32,000 nt of DNA, taken from positions 615,622 through 647,621 of the forward strand of contig CP113000.1 of assembly GCA_026625185.1 (NCBI GenBank). The letters are read 5' to 3'. Under the pieces are notes generated by a model that was not told the origin of the DNA, did not search any database, and was given only the letters and a program-made list of their open reading frames with translations. The position numbers and the translations under genes were made by a program. This document shows, in pieces, positions 31,611 to 32,000 of the stretch. Source of the stretch: Thermodesulfobacteriota bacterium. Its GTDB lineage: Bacteria > Desulfobacterota > WTBG01 > JAGOGO01. Within the stretch, counting starts at the first letter, position 1. Every line of letters starts with the position of its first letter.

Positions 31611-31889
31611 TAGTAAACTTTACGATAATTAATTTATTCTTTTTGTTCTTCTGAAAAATATCTTTTTTCCTCCATGCAAAAGAAAAAAAATTTATTTTAC
31701 TCCTTTTTTTCATTTTTTTCTATACTCTTGACATTATTTTTATATTACATTAAAAGTTACCGGTCAAAATACTTAAGGTCGTTTAAATTTAAGTTTAAAT
31801 AAATTAAATAATGAATTATCTAAATGGTAGAGAACAAATAAAAAGCGCAACCTAATAGATAAGATAACAGAATCAAAGGAGAAATTAAG

Positions 31890-32000
31890 ATGGCGCATAA
31901 AAAAGGACAGGGCAGTTCCCGTAATGGTCGAGATAGTCAAGGCCAGCGGTTTGGAGTTAAACGTTTTGGCGGACAATTGGTACTGGCTGGAAATATTCTG
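31890..32000 (+). CDS. rpmA: 50S ribosomal protein L27, N-terminal part (runs off the window)
   Basis: [37 protein letters not shown] is the canonical L27 N-terminus. RBS aaaggag is upstream. Confidence 0.9.
   Translation, partial: MAHKKGQGSSRNGRDSQGQRFGVKRFGGQLVLAGNIL

Noticed and set aside
1-32000. Searched for CRISPR arrays, rRNA genes, and long tandem or dispersed repeats
   Set aside because: I saw no regularly spaced 25-40-bp direct repeats and no rRNA-like sequence. The only repeats found are the short ones reported at 15509-15616, 26838-26872 and 30235-30353.

Overview
This is a 32-kb bacterial segment with Shine-Dalgarno-type RBSs and several overlapping stop/start junctions. I found no rRNA genes and no CRISPR array. 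Most of the window is a mosaic cell-envelope glycan/lipid biosynthesis and modification locus.

(1) 2-7666: a partial ABC exporter, a lipoprotein-like alpha/beta hydrolase, a two-HKD PLD-family protein, a Rossmann oxidoreductase, a NeuB-like nonulosonate synthase fused to a cupin domain, and an APH/choline-kinase-like kinase.

(2) 7.7-16.0 kb: an AT-richer (judged by eye) stretch full of mobile-element scars. It holds a 49-codon glycosyltransferase N-terminal stub, an excisionase-like HTH mini-gene, an internally deleted IS30 transposase, and a decayed tyrosine-recombinase tail with phased repeats. The intact cargo is an LtaS/sulfatase-type membrane transferase and a Dlt-like triad (MBOAT-like protein, adenylating enzyme, carrier protein) followed by an isocitrate-lyase/PEP-mutase-superfamily lyase.

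(3) 16.0-18.8 kb: a GT-B glycosyltransferase, a HAD phosphatase and a CMP-nonulosonate-type cytidylyltransferase.

(4) 19.3-25.5 kb: a second adenylating enzyme coupled to a carrier-protein/thioesterase-like protein that has Cys in the nucleophile elbow, then a Zn alcohol dehydrogenase and a cytoplasmic molybdopterin oxidoreductase.

(5) 25.5-30.2 kb: an LpxL-type acyltransferase, divergent from an operon encoding a 465-aa carbohydrate-biosynthesis-like protein, a radical SAM enzyme and a small secreted protein.

The right edge is housekeeping: ribF, tRNA-Leu(CAG) and the start of rpmA.

The best candidates for an undescribed system are the LtaS-like + Dlt-like + lyase module and the ligase / PCP-Cys-hydrolase / ADH / Mo-enzyme module. 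All functional calls rest on motifs read by eye. No database search was run.
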